NCBI RefSeq assembly: GCF_001194135.2
Contig: NC_068992.1
Span: forward strand, 1,860,775-1,924,774
Length of the DNA stretch: 64,000 nucleotides
Direction: 5' to 3'
Origin: Octopus bimaculoides
Lineage: Eukaryota
The translations under genes and the position numbers were made by a program. Below are positions 14,023 to 25,708 of this stretch, piece by piece. The notes beneath the pieces are model-generated. The model was not told the origin of the DNA and searched no databases. It saw nothing but the letters and a program-made list of their open reading frames with translations. Numbering within the stretch: the first letter of the stretch is position 1; each line of letters opens with the position of its first letter.

Positions 14023-15519
14023 GGAAGAATTTCTTGTATTGCTTTTGAAGAATTCACACCAACTTCTCTGACGTTTATTTTGTTTAGTCACTGCAGAGAA
14101 ATTAGACGCTGACTAAACTCGAGTGGTCCTGCTTATTCAGTCATGATTTGCTATTCAATTCATATTTCATTCAAGTTTGTATTCAGTCATCATTGAATTG
14201 AAGAAAAGAGAAAACTAAGATGCTAAAAGATAGAACAAGGAGTTGAAAGAAAAAAGGTGAAAATTCAACTTTACTGATCTCAACAAAAAGCTTCTATTTC
14301 AAATAAACAAAATATCCAACAAGTTACGATTCATGAATAAACCTGCCAAATATATTTCATCTTCTTTATGCGTTTGTTTTATTTATTTTAATATGAAACA
14401 AAAACCGCTCAATGTAGTTGTGTATTTCAAAGTGTATCAAATAAAATGTGGTTCCAGGGTGAATGTTTTTGTACTAAAAATGTAGTGTTTACGAATGACT
14501 GCTGTGTCAAATGACTAAATATCAGATATAGCCTTATGTATTGCTGGTGCAACATATGAATTAGAAATTAATGCCAAGTGGTCAAACGAAATAGCAGAAA
14601 ACAAAATCGCACTGTTAATTACATAATGTTAAGACACATTGTATACACGCGAGCACACACATACGCAACACACAAGCACAGTCATTACTTTTTGCTAACT
14701 CTTTCTCATTACATCGAGACACGTTGAAACAACACTATAAGTCACACGTTTATACGCCTTATTGAAATTTTGTAACAAAATCAATAAGAACACGGAAGAA
14801 ACAATCAAGATAAAAGCACAAACTACCACAAACCCATGTCTTCTTAAAAAGTAGAATATATAAAAGAATCATATTACTTCATAATTGGAACTAAGCCTTA
14901 CAAATATAATAATTTAAATTAATGCGGTAAATCTGCAATAGCCTTCAAACACGAGGCTGGAGAGTTATATCTCATCTTCTAGGGAGGGACTCATACAATG
15001 TGTAAACTCATGTATCTAGTACAATTTTATAGATAGCGACAGAAAATTTATTGGAGGTCAACGGTGTAGAAATAGTATCTCTAAAATTAAACTAGCAACA
15101 GCGAAGAATATTCAATATTTAACCCTAATAATCATCTTTACTGTGATACACACTAAAAATTCATCAGCAACTACTGTTCTAAATATCATCATTATAGAGA
15201 ATCTAATGTCTTTGATACATGCCGGTGTTAAAACAAAACAGATGACACGAGAGCATCACGACAAAATTCTTTTTACAACGTAGACAACTCCCACCGTATA
15301 AGAGTCGTCAACTTTACTACAATTTCTGTAAAAACCTCAAATTGTGTTCTATGTTTCTATCTTGAGCATAAACAAAGAAAAGTATTCTTTCCTACCTTCA
15401 GCGTCAAAACATACTCACATATCAAGGAACATAGAATAAAATAGTTTTAGAATCATCAAAAGGAAACTGAATTTGACAGAAAAGATTAAATTCGCGGAAT
15501 TCAGCGCTGTCGCAGCTGT

Positions 15520-15676
15520 GTTTGGGCCTCTCGTTTCAGGGTAAGCTGAAAGATTACCTGCATAAACCAGCATGTCTTGGAATATTTACGCTTACATTCC
15601 CGAAATAAATTTTCAGAATTTTCCATGTTAAAATGACATTTGAAAAAAAAAGCGGCGTTTCTTTTGCGGTTCAGTG
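15520..15676 (-). mobile_element. Terminal fragment of a Tc1-like element (TIR ending ...gcggttcagtg followed by TA)
   Basis: Reverse complement aligns over about 150 bp with the Tc1 5' end at 23454-23615 (cactgaaccgcaaaagaaacgc...aaattctgaaaattt...gaaacgagaggc). Confidence 0.8.
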
Positions 15677-15885
15677 TATATCGATCTACGAGGTTTGATC
15701 CTCTGCTTTACTGCTTCTTATCATTCAAATGATGAGTTCCCCATCACTGTTCCTGGGACAGAGACTTTTCAATGGAGCAGTTCGACTAGATACTGACTAA
15801 ACAGCCTATAAACATTGCTACATGTGTGTGTGTGTGTGTTTATATGTGTGTATGTGTGCGCGTACCTGAGCATGCGTCCGTTTGT

Positions 15886-15938
<53 letters not shown>

Positions 15939-16193
15939 CATGTATATATTACAAACACTTCATCTCCAAAACCTACTATAGCAAGGAGGGTGAAATTATT
16001 AAGTGGGTTATATAAGAGAAATTTGAAATTCTTTTCTTTATTTAGTTGAGGTTCTGAATGCAAATTTCATTGGGATTAGTTTCCTCTTCAACCTCTCAAA
16101 TTATGCGTCAAGTACTTGAGTCAGTTTAATTGGTTGTGCTTTTCTTCCATATCCGAAGCCTTGTGCCAAATTTATAAACTATGATGCGGCAAT

Positions 16194-16594
16194 AGGTACG
16201 CGCGTGGCTGCGGGGTAAAGAGTTTGCTTCCTCACTACATTGTTCTGGGTTCAGTCGCATTGCTCGGTATCTTTGACAAGTGTCTTCTACTATGGCCTCG
16301 GGCCGACCAAACCCTTGTGAGTGGATTTCGTAAATGGAAAATGAAAGAAGCCCGTCGTATGTATATGTGTGCATGTGTGTCTCCAAGTTTGTGTTTGTCT
16401 GTATTGCACCGCTTGACAACCGGTGTTGATTTCTTTACGTCTCCGAAACTTAGTCGTTCGCTAAAAAAATTCGACGACAGAATAAGTACCAGACTTTAAA
16501 TAAATGTACTGCGGTGGATCCGTTCGGCTAAAATATCTTCAGGGCCGTGCCGCAGCATGGCCGTAGTCTAATGACTAAAACTAGTACAAGATAA
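16194..16594 (+). mobile_element. SINE family B, full-length copy (tRNA head, CORE-like domain, internal TG/TA microsatellite, 3' tail)
   Basis: Joins the head-type and tail-type fragments seen separately elsewhere in the window. Confidence 0.9.
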
Positions 16595-17519
16595 GAAACA
16601 AACATTAGTGATTCAAACGACTCTAGTGTCTCGGTTGACTTTTAGTACTTTAGGATCAAGAAGATGCGTTTAGCTTTGACAATGCTACCGAGAACATTAT
16701 GATTAAACGAAACACTAGACTTCAACAGAATAATGTCATGTTGCGTATATTTATATTCTTCCTTACTAATTATCTTACTTTTTTTTCAGCATCAATCAGC
16801 CATTTTCCACCTAAATAAACAAATTATAACCAGTGAAATCATCATATACCCCACTCTTTCTTCCTGATGAACTTTGACAGTATTTTCTCAGTTTCTCATT
16901 CGATTGTGTATATCTTCTTTTAGTTTGTGCAATATTATAATTTCTTTTTTCTTTTCTACTTGGTCTAGTGAAATCAATAAGCCGTATAATTTGTTTGCTA
17001 CTATTTTCTAACATTATACTTGGCATCCAGACAGAAACTGGTAATTTTACATACAACATTTTCTCGAAATCCAGGCAGTTTCTGTAGTCTGGTCCATCGA
17101 TGCTGAAACTGTCTCGTTGTATTTCTCTTGACAACAAATGGTTGGTAGATTTTTTCTTTCCTGTCTGGTGATTAGAAAGAAACAGCGACAATGCCATGCA
17201 TACAACTGAGAGGACCAGAGACAATTGAATATAATCCTGGCCTCGTTTAATTGTCACTGAAGGAGTTTTTCATTGAAAAGGAAGCATTTCCTCAAGTAAA
17301 TATGAAAGGGTAGTAAGAAAAGTTAATTAGGCCGCGTTCTAATTATGAAAGTGTAGGCTTTGACCAGAAACTGGGACAGGGCACCTGTTCTTGGTAGTCT
17401 TATATACAGATATGTTTCTCTTGTCTCCACCCAGACTCTATAGACATTTTCTAATGTTTAATACGTGCGATTAATGTTGCTTCTCAACTTCTGCTCTTAT
17501 AATGCAAATATCTAAAATA

Positions 17520-17726
17520 TTGGTTTCAAATGTTGGCATAAGGCCAGCATTTGGAGGAGGTGGTAGGTCGTTTACATTGACCCCAGTGTTCAATTGGTAC
17601 TTATTTCATTGACCCGAAAGAATTAAACGCAAAATATACACCGGCGGCATTTGAACTGACGACTTAAAACCGGAAGAAATGCATCTAAGCATCTTGTCTT
17701 GGGTGCCACCTGTTTTGGCCCCACCT
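17520..17726 (-). mobile_element. SINE family A copy
   Basis: gaccccagtgttcaattggtacttatttcattgacccgaaag is the reverse complement of the central motif. Confidence 0.8.
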
Positions 17727-17762
17727 CATCATAGAAATATTGAAAATATTATTATTGTTATT

Positions 17763-17973
17763 GGCGGCGAGCTGGTAGTATCGTTAGTACGCCGGACAAA
17801 ATGCTTTGCAGTATTTCGTCCGTCCTTACGTTCTCAGTTCAAATTCCTCCGTGGTCGACTTTACCTTTCATCCTTCCGTGATCTATAACATAAGTACCAG
17901 GTGAGCACTGGGGTCGATGCAATTGATTCACCCCTCCCCCGATGTTGCTGACGTTGTGCCAAAATTTGAAATC
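17763..17973 (+). mobile_element. SINE family A, full-length copy
   Basis: ggcggcgagctggtagtatcgttag head, B-box-like agttcaaattcc, central gtcgactttacctttcatcc...taagtacc, tail gtgccaaaatttgaaa. Confidence 0.9.
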
Positions 17974-17997
17974 AATATTATTATTGCTCTTAAACTG

Positions 17998-18175
17998 ATG
18001 AGCCGGCGGAATCGTTAGCACACCGGGCAAAATGCTTAGTAGTCCGTCATTACATTCTTTGTTCAAATTCCAACGAGGTCCAATTTACTTTTCATTTTTT
18101 CGGGATAGATGAAATAAATATCAGATAGACTTACCATCACCCCTGAATTGGCCGATTTTGAGCCAAATTTTCAAG
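17998..18175 (+). mobile_element. SINE family A, diverged tandem copy
   Basis: gagccggcggaatcgttagcacaccgggcaaaatgcttag...gttcaaattcc. Confidence 0.75.
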
Positions 18176-19233
18176 TCGACATTATTATTTGTTGTTTTTC
18201 ATACGCATGATTATTACCTTAAGTTAATCCGTGATTTTTTTGTTGCGAACAGGAGAGAGAAATGAGACATAGTTTATATTTGTCGCCATTTTTCAAGTTA
18301 CAAAACAGCTAATTAAATATTTTTACTGGAATTTTTTGTAAAGTTAAAATATAAAACCAGCATGGCATCATCGGTGGCGGCAATTGTGAGGAAAATGGTG
18401 ACAGGCTTTGATGCTGTTGGCGGTAAAAACTACAAACCATTGTAAGTAGTGACAGCAGTGAAAACTTTCAACCACAAATACCATCAACACCACCAACACC
18501 ACCACCACCACCACCACCGATACTGGCTATGACATTGATAGCTCATCATACGAGGTAAAAAAGCAAAATCAACATTGTCATCAGTGTCATCCGTGAACAA
18601 CAATCATACGTGCCAATACGGGAGTCTCTACATCATTGTTCGACCAGCTAGAAATGATAAACAAATCTTCCCAAAATTACGGCCCACTGCTCTAAAACAA
18701 GAGACATTAGATAACATAGATTTTGATATATAATGTGAAAATCAAACAGTATGGACACAGTTTAATGCCTTTAATAATTGATCAGATGGACCGACTAAAA
18801 TTTCGACTGCGGTTATGTTGTTTCTATGCCTTTCACTAAATATCGTTAAACACTACCATCACAATGACAAATAGGTGTAATGATAAGGCAAATACCAACA
18901 GCGCGGTTCCCTCAACGAGTGTGTGTGTGTGTGTGTGTGCATGCGTTTGTATGTGGAGAGGGGTTGCGTGTATGAAAATTTATGAATAAATTTCTTAATA
19001 AACGAGTGGTGTGTAAAATCCTGGCAGAATTCTTTAGGGAATTGTAACAGTCTGGCAGGAATCATTTGGAATTTACGTGTGTCAATTTGGCTTTTGGCAA
19101 TTAAGATTGTGTTATCCAGATTTCATTTCGCTACATGTTTGTTAGATTAACTGAGAGTTGTGGGCTGTTCCCAGTAACGCTTTGTTCGTTGCATTTACAA
19201 CAAGATTTTGTCTAACATATCGTAAAAAATGAA

Positions 19234-19412
19234 GAATGTGACCAGTTCTGTCGCGAGCAGTTTATTCCAATATTTGGAAAAGATTTTCGGTGGTCGGTAA
19301 GCAAGCTACTTACCACACAGCCACTCCGATGTTAAAAGTTCTCGCGTATTTGCTACCGAAAAGCTATTCCAAATATGGTAATAAACTGCTCGCAACCGAA
19401 TTGGTTACATTC
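19234..19412. repeat. Foldback with arms of about 60 bp (MITE-like)
   Basis: Left arm gcgagcagtttattccaatatttggaaaagattttcggt is the near reverse complement of right arm accgaaaagctattccaaatatggtaataaactgctcgc. Confidence 0.85.
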
Positions 19413-20201
19413 TGTATTCTTTATTCGCAAACCACGTTTGGCTATGCTCTTTGTCTGGTTCCACACGGTTTTGTAGGCCAGCAAAACAGTTTCTAGTTAT
19501 AATCTCGTGGCATTTTACAGATGAGAAAAAAATTTTCAGTTTCATTTGGTATCTGTTATTTTCATTGACTTTTGTTGATTCACAACTGACTAAATTATTT
19601 TGCTTTAGTAAGTTCTGCAAAACAACATAGACATAAATGTATTCAACATAAGAATAACATCCGATGGAAATGGTAAAGCGTTTCTGAATAAATTTCCTGA
19701 TTTATCATCTTTCATTTTCCCCTCTTTCTCTCTATAAGACCAACTGTCTCTCTCTTTCTTTCTCTATCTCACCCTATCTCTCTACCTATCTCTTTTTCTC
19801 ATATGTATATGCATATACTTATACATAAATAAATATGAAACATAATATAGACGATATATTTATGCTTATATACACATATAAATGCATATATAGGTATACA
19901 TATATTTATGTATATATGTGTGTATGTGTGTTTGTGTGTGTGTACACACACACATACATATTTACGTATATAATTATAAGTACTTATATGCGCGTGTACG
20001 TAGGTGCGGACAATTTTGTATTATTTACGTCCCACAGAACAAAATTCAGTGGAAATGACTTGTGAATCAAGTCAAATGTGTAGATAATCCTATTTATATA
20101 CTGAAAGAAAAGATACACACTAACACACCAAAATATTCCTCGACAAGATTAAAAGATACACATATATATGTATAAGTTTGCGGATAAACGAAATTATGCG
20201 C

Positions 20202-20252
<51 letters not shown>

Positions 20253-21047
20253 TATACACATACATTATATATTCATATACATATACATACATATATATAT
20301 ACACATATATACTATGTGTTAACACACGCATATACAAAAATATACTTACATATATACATATACAATATATGCAATCATATAAATATATACGTGTGTTTGT
20401 GTTTATATGCATATACGTATGCACTCAAGATCATATTCACACATATGTATACGTGTACATGCCTGTGTACGTGTATATGTGTGAGTGAGGGGTTGTAGAG
20501 TTTGCATTTTTTTTTTTGCGTTCCTTGTCATTTGATTAATCATAGCAGAAAAGTAACCGGAAAATTGAAGGAAATAATAAAAATATACAAGTAAGACATT
20601 AAACAACACAAAAACTGAACAGGAGATAAAGAAGAAATAGAGCAAAACAAAGACAGCCAGTGAAGATATATTTTTGAAAACGATAATATATTGTGAAATG
20701 TAAATGGCAAAGTAATTGTGCGATTATAGAAACATTAGGACATGTAAATATATAATAAATAGGAAAAAAAAATTTTTTCTGAGTAAATATATATATAGTA
20801 CTCGTTAGAAGAATTGTGTCTGTGTATACAAGAGAAAAGAAGGGGTTGGATAAGAATTGTGATGTGGAGAGAGAAGAAAGGTGTCGAATATAATAACTGT
20901 TTTGGGTAGAAAATTAACAAAAATGATGTAAAAAGTCGTTGTAGAATAACTGAAGAATAGGTTGCTGAGTGGAAATAGAAACAAGTGCTGACATCCAGTA
21001 ATTCAAAATTCATTTTTTGTCTTCATTGTATGTGTGTGTGTGTAGAT

Positions 21048-21082
<35 letters not shown>

Positions 21083-22583
21083 NNNNNNNNNNNNNNNNNN
21101 NNNNNNNNNNNNNNNNNNNNNNNNNNNNNNNNNNNNNNNNNNNNNNNNNNNNNNNNNNNNNNNNNNNNNNNNNNNNNNNNNNNNNNNNNNNNNNNNNNNN
21201 NNNNNNNNNNNNNNNNNNNNNNNNNNNNNNNNNNNNNNNNNNNNNNNNNNNNNNNNNNNNNNNNNNNNNNNNNNNNNNNNNNNNNNNNNNNNNNNNNNNN
21301 NNNNNNNNNNNNNNNNNNNNNNNNNNNNNNNNNNNNNNNNNNNNNNNNNNNNNNNNNNNNNNNNNNNNNNNNNNNNNNNNNNNNNNNNNNNNNNNNNNNN
21401 NNNNNNNNNNNNNNNNNNNNNNNNNNNNNNNNNNNNNNNNNNNNNNNNNNNNNNNNNNNNNNNNNNNNNNNNNNNNNNNNNNNNNNNNNNNNNNNNNNNN
21501 NNNNNNNNNNNNNNNNNNNNNNNNNNNNNNNNNNNNNNNNNNNNNNNNNNNNNNNNNNNNNNNNNNNNNNNNNNNNNNNNNNNNNNNNNNNNNNNNNNNN
21601 NNNNNNNNNNNNNNNNNNNNNNNNNNNNNNNNNNNNNNNNNNNNNNNNNNNNNNNNNNNNNNNNNNNNNNNNNNNNNNNNNNNNNNNNNNNNNNNNNNNN
21701 NNNNNNNNNNNNNNNNNNNNNNNNNNNNNNNNNNNNNNNNNNNNNNNNNNNNNNNNNNNNNNNNNNNNNNNNNNNNNNNNNNNNNNNNNNNNNNNNNNNN
21801 NNNNNNNNNNNNNNNNNNNNNNNNNNNNNNNNNNNNNNNNNNNNNNNNNNNNNNNNNNNNNNNNNNNNNNNNNNNNNNNNNNNNNNNNNNNNNNNNNNNN
21901 NNNNNNNNNNNNNNNNNNNNNNNNNNNNNNNNNNNNNNNNNNNNNNNNNNATATATATATATATATATATACACACGTTGAATCATAAATATTTCGGGAA
22001 CAAATTCATTTTTTTTTTCTAAATGCTTTCTTCTCATCTCTATATATCATTATCTATACATCATTATAATCGTATTTGCTATGGTGTTGGTAGGAAGTGG
22101 GAAATGCCTAGATGTAATTCGCGACATGAAAATAGCAAGACGGAGGAGTTTCGATGTTGTGTTTGAATGAACATCTAAACACTCTGGGTATGAGAGTATT
22201 CCAGAAATGTAGTCACTATGGAGTATGAGCAGGGAACATGGTGGAGGAGGTGAGAAAAAGACAAACGAGTATTTTCATTGATAATGAATGTGTTTATACA
22301 CATCTGTGCGTGTGTGTGAGTGTGTGTGTATGTGCGTGTGCGTGCTACTGTGTTTTGGGTATGGGCTACTGAACAGAGAAATCTACTTCTAACATCATTC
22401 CTTTGAAGATTTCCTGTGTAAAGGATATTAAATCTGAAATACCGAAATAGCATTTAAAAGTACAAACCTTCGACCTGTCTTATTACACTTCGTGATTTGT
22501 ATTGTTTTGGCTTTAAAACAACTATCCAAAGTATTTGTGTACATCAGACAGTTCTTCATGAACATTTACCACTATATTATATA

Positions 22584-23424
22584 CAAGGAGTTGGCGCTAA
22601 ATTTGACAGTTTGTTTAAAAGGAAAAGGAAACACAAAAAGAAAAAAAAATGATTAAAAATACCGGAATTACCAATCTTATTTTGGAATGGATATAATAGT
22701 TTACTCAAAGAAGCCGTCCCCAGCTTCTACTGTAGCCTCATGACGGCTCCGGAATTTGATGCATACGTTCCTCCCATGTGTCCTTTCGAAGAACTTCGAA
22801 TACCTCCTTGATCTAAGCCAACCTCTCGGTCATGGTGCTGCAGGAAGAATGGCTGGTGTCTTTCTCAACTGCGCCTCACATAAATCAATGGAATTAGATC
22901 AGGGGAATTAAGAACCCGGAAATTGGGGCTATTAAAGCTGTTGCAATTCTCCAACAACCACTTCTTATTCTTTCCAGAGATATGGCAAAAAGTCGAATTC
23001 TGCTGCCATGCATATAGGCTTCAAGCACCAGTCCTTTTGAGTAAGGCACTGACCAGATTCAACAGCTCATACACGTAGCCGTCAGAATTGCGCCTAAGGC
23101 TCTGTTGGATGATGTGGGTCGAATTCCAGAGAGGAGATGCAATCAGAATGCACGCTGTGTCCCTTTCGCCAGCCACCCAGTCTTCGCAGAGCATTGAGCA
23201 GTAGTCGCGATGTCGGCATTTTGATACGATGCGTGAATCATCGAGACACAGTTGTCATATTCCCAATATTTAGATGACTCAATGTTTTTCATGCCAGCTA
23301 ACTTTTTCTCAACTGCACTATTAATCTTCATCCTTACCAGCACCGGTGGCTGTTCACCAATGCATCAAGCTGTTCCTGACAAAAACGAAACATCAAAATC
23401 GTCAAATGTTGCCCGACTGCATAG
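22584..23424 (-). mobile_element. Internally deleted DD37D/maT-type (Tc1/mariner superfamily) transposon with degenerate TIRs and TA flanks
   Basis: Minus strand: N-terminal IHASYQNADIATTAQCS, then PHIIQQSLRRNSDGY, WQQ, WLLEN...SPNF...SPDL, VEKDT...IKEVFE. TA at 22582-83 and 23425-26; ends share a gagttggcgctaaatttgac-like motif. Confidence 0.75.
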
Positions 23425-23453
23425 TACAAGTGCACACACACGCACCACACATA

Positions 23454-24010
23454 CACTGAACCGCAAAAGAAACGCGATTTTTTCAAATGTTATTTTTATA
23501 TAGTAAATTCTGAAAATTTCTTTCGGGGATGTAAGGGTAAATATTCCAAATCATGCTGGTTTATGGCTGAGACCCAAAATGCAGGTAACCTTTCAACTTT
23601 CCTCGAAACGAGAGGCAGCTTCGTCGAATGCCTTGGGTGACAGTCGCAAACAATTATTATGATAACAGAGATACATGTGTATCTCGTGGAAGTATTGGGT
23701 ATAAACACCAACATGAAACGCGTTCCTGGCATTTGTAATTTGAACCAATCAGGTATGACCCGATTGTCAGTAGCACAGAGCGAACAAACTATTGGCCGAT
23801 TGTAAACAGGGCAGTGTACCCAGGTTGTTGCGAAAGTTTACAATGTTCGTGTCTGCACCATCTATTACCTACAACAGCACTGCAGATCGTGCCCGCAGAG
23901 GGCATCCCCAGGTGACCACGTCGAGGCAAGACCGCTTCATCCACCTGCAATACCTCCGTGATTGCTTCAGACCGGCCAGGATGACAGCTCACGAGATGAC
24001 AGACAGAAAG
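23454..24010 (+). mobile_element. Tc1-like transposon 5' fragment (TIR plus N-terminal HTH coding region, pseudogenised)
   Basis: TA|cactgaaccgcaaaagaaacgc TIR; ATG at 23755 gives MTRLSVAQSEQTIGRL*TGQCTQVVAKVYNVRVCTIYYLQ (stop at 23803), then after a frameshift STADRARRGHPQVTTSRQDRFIHLQYLRD, a Tc1 paired-HTH pattern. Confidence 0.85.
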
Positions 24011-24074
24011 TGACCGCACTGGCACTGCAAATATTCGTGGTAAATTTTGTAAGATATATACTCTTTAACTTACT

Positions 24075-24122
24075 CTTTAACTTGTTTCAGTCATTTGACT
24101 GCGGCCATGCTGGAGCACCGGA
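24075..24122 (-). mobile_element. SINE family B, extreme 3' fragment
   Basis: acttgtttcagtcatttgactgcggccatgctggagcaccg. Confidence 0.8.
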
Positions 24123-24423
24123 GAAATTGTTTGAAAATTATTGAGGACGTAGTGCAGAACGTGTTGCTTTATAGGTTCGGCATTCGAACTAACGTATTCG
24201 GGCTAAAATACATACACAAGTCATATAAATTTGTTTACCTGACTGAATCTTAAATATGACAATCAATCAGCTACAAAAACATTTCCGGTCGTTGAGATAC
24301 ATAACACATTTTGAAACAAGAGTGAGAAAATTGTTTATTTCAATGCATACATGCATACATACGTACATACATTTACTCACATACATACACACAAACATAT
24401 ACATATACATTTCTATATATATC

Positions 24424-24472
<49 letters not shown>

Positions 24473-24578
24473 AGGTATATATAAGTATGTATATATATAT
24501 ATGTGTGTGTAAATATGTATATACACAGACATAAATGTGTCTATATAGATATATCTATATCTATGCATATATACATAC

Positions 24579-24665
<87 letters not shown>

Positions 24666-25044
24666 TGTGTGTATGTATGGGTACGTGTGGGTATGCTTGT
24701 ATGAGAAGATTCACATTAGCGTTTCGTAGACGTAAAATAAAAACATTCATACTTAAGTATTATAGAAATATTTTCAGTCGAATATAAGAGCCAAGTTTTT
24801 AAACACATGTGTTTGAATCGACGCACCAATTTTTTTTTATTATTTTTAATGAAACTGACGTCAATTTGGAAGTCACTGGCTTTCTAGTAAATGTATCTAT
24901 ATCCATCCAGCTACCACTCTCTCTCTCGCAATTTCTCTCTTTCTCCCTCTGTCTCAATCTTTCTCTCTCTCCCGGTCCACCGAGCTAGCTATCAGTCTAT
25001 TTCTTTGCGTATTTGCCTGTCTATCTTTCTAGTTTACACTTCAA

Positions 25045-25150
25045 TCATGTGGTCATAGGTTCGGTTCCAGAGTACGCCAACTTCTGCAGGTGTCTTCTAC
25101 TATAGCCTCGGTCTGATTGCCTGAATTTGGCAGGCAGAACCTAAAAGAAG
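25045..25150 (+). mobile_element. SINE family B, diverged 5' fragment
   Basis: ggttcggttcc...ggtgtcttctactatagcctcgg. Confidence 0.7.
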
Positions 25151-25665
25151 ATTGTTATATATATATATATATATATNNNNNNNNNNNNNNNNNNNNNNNN
25201 NNNNNNNNNNNNNNNNNNNNNNNNNNNNNNNNNNNNNNNNNNNNNNNNNNNNNNNNNNNNNNNNNNNNNNNNNNNNNNNNNNNNNNNNNNNNNNNNNNNN
25301 NNNNNNNNNNNNNNNNNNNNNNNNNNNNNNNNNNNNNNNNNNNNNNNNNNNNNNNNNNNNNNNNNNNNNNNNNNNNNNNNNNNNNNNNNNNNNNNNNNNN
25401 NNNNNNNNNNNNNNNNNNNNNNNNNNNNNNNNNNNNNNNNNNNNNNNNNNNNNNNNNNNNNNNNNNNNNNNNNNNNNNNNNNNNNNNNNNNNNNNNNNNN
25501 NNNNNNNNNNNNNNNNNNNNNNNNNNNNNNNNNNNNNNNNNNNNNNNNNNNNNNNNNNNNNNNNNNNNNNNNNNNNNNNNNNNNNNNNNNNNNNNNNNNN
25601 NNNNNNNNNNNNNNNNNNNNNNNNTGTGTGTGGTTGTGTGTGTTTGTGTATGTGTGTGTGTTTGT

Positions 25666-25708
<43 letters not shown>

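Noticed and set aside
15729-15798. C/D box snoRNA-like ATGATGA...CTGA
   Set aside because: No terminal stem, no clear C'/D' boxes and no identifiable guide; the motif pair is expected by chance.
16622-16720. 12-bp inverted repeat tctagtgtctcg / cgaaacactaga
   Set aside because: Too short, single instance, no target-site duplication or second copy.
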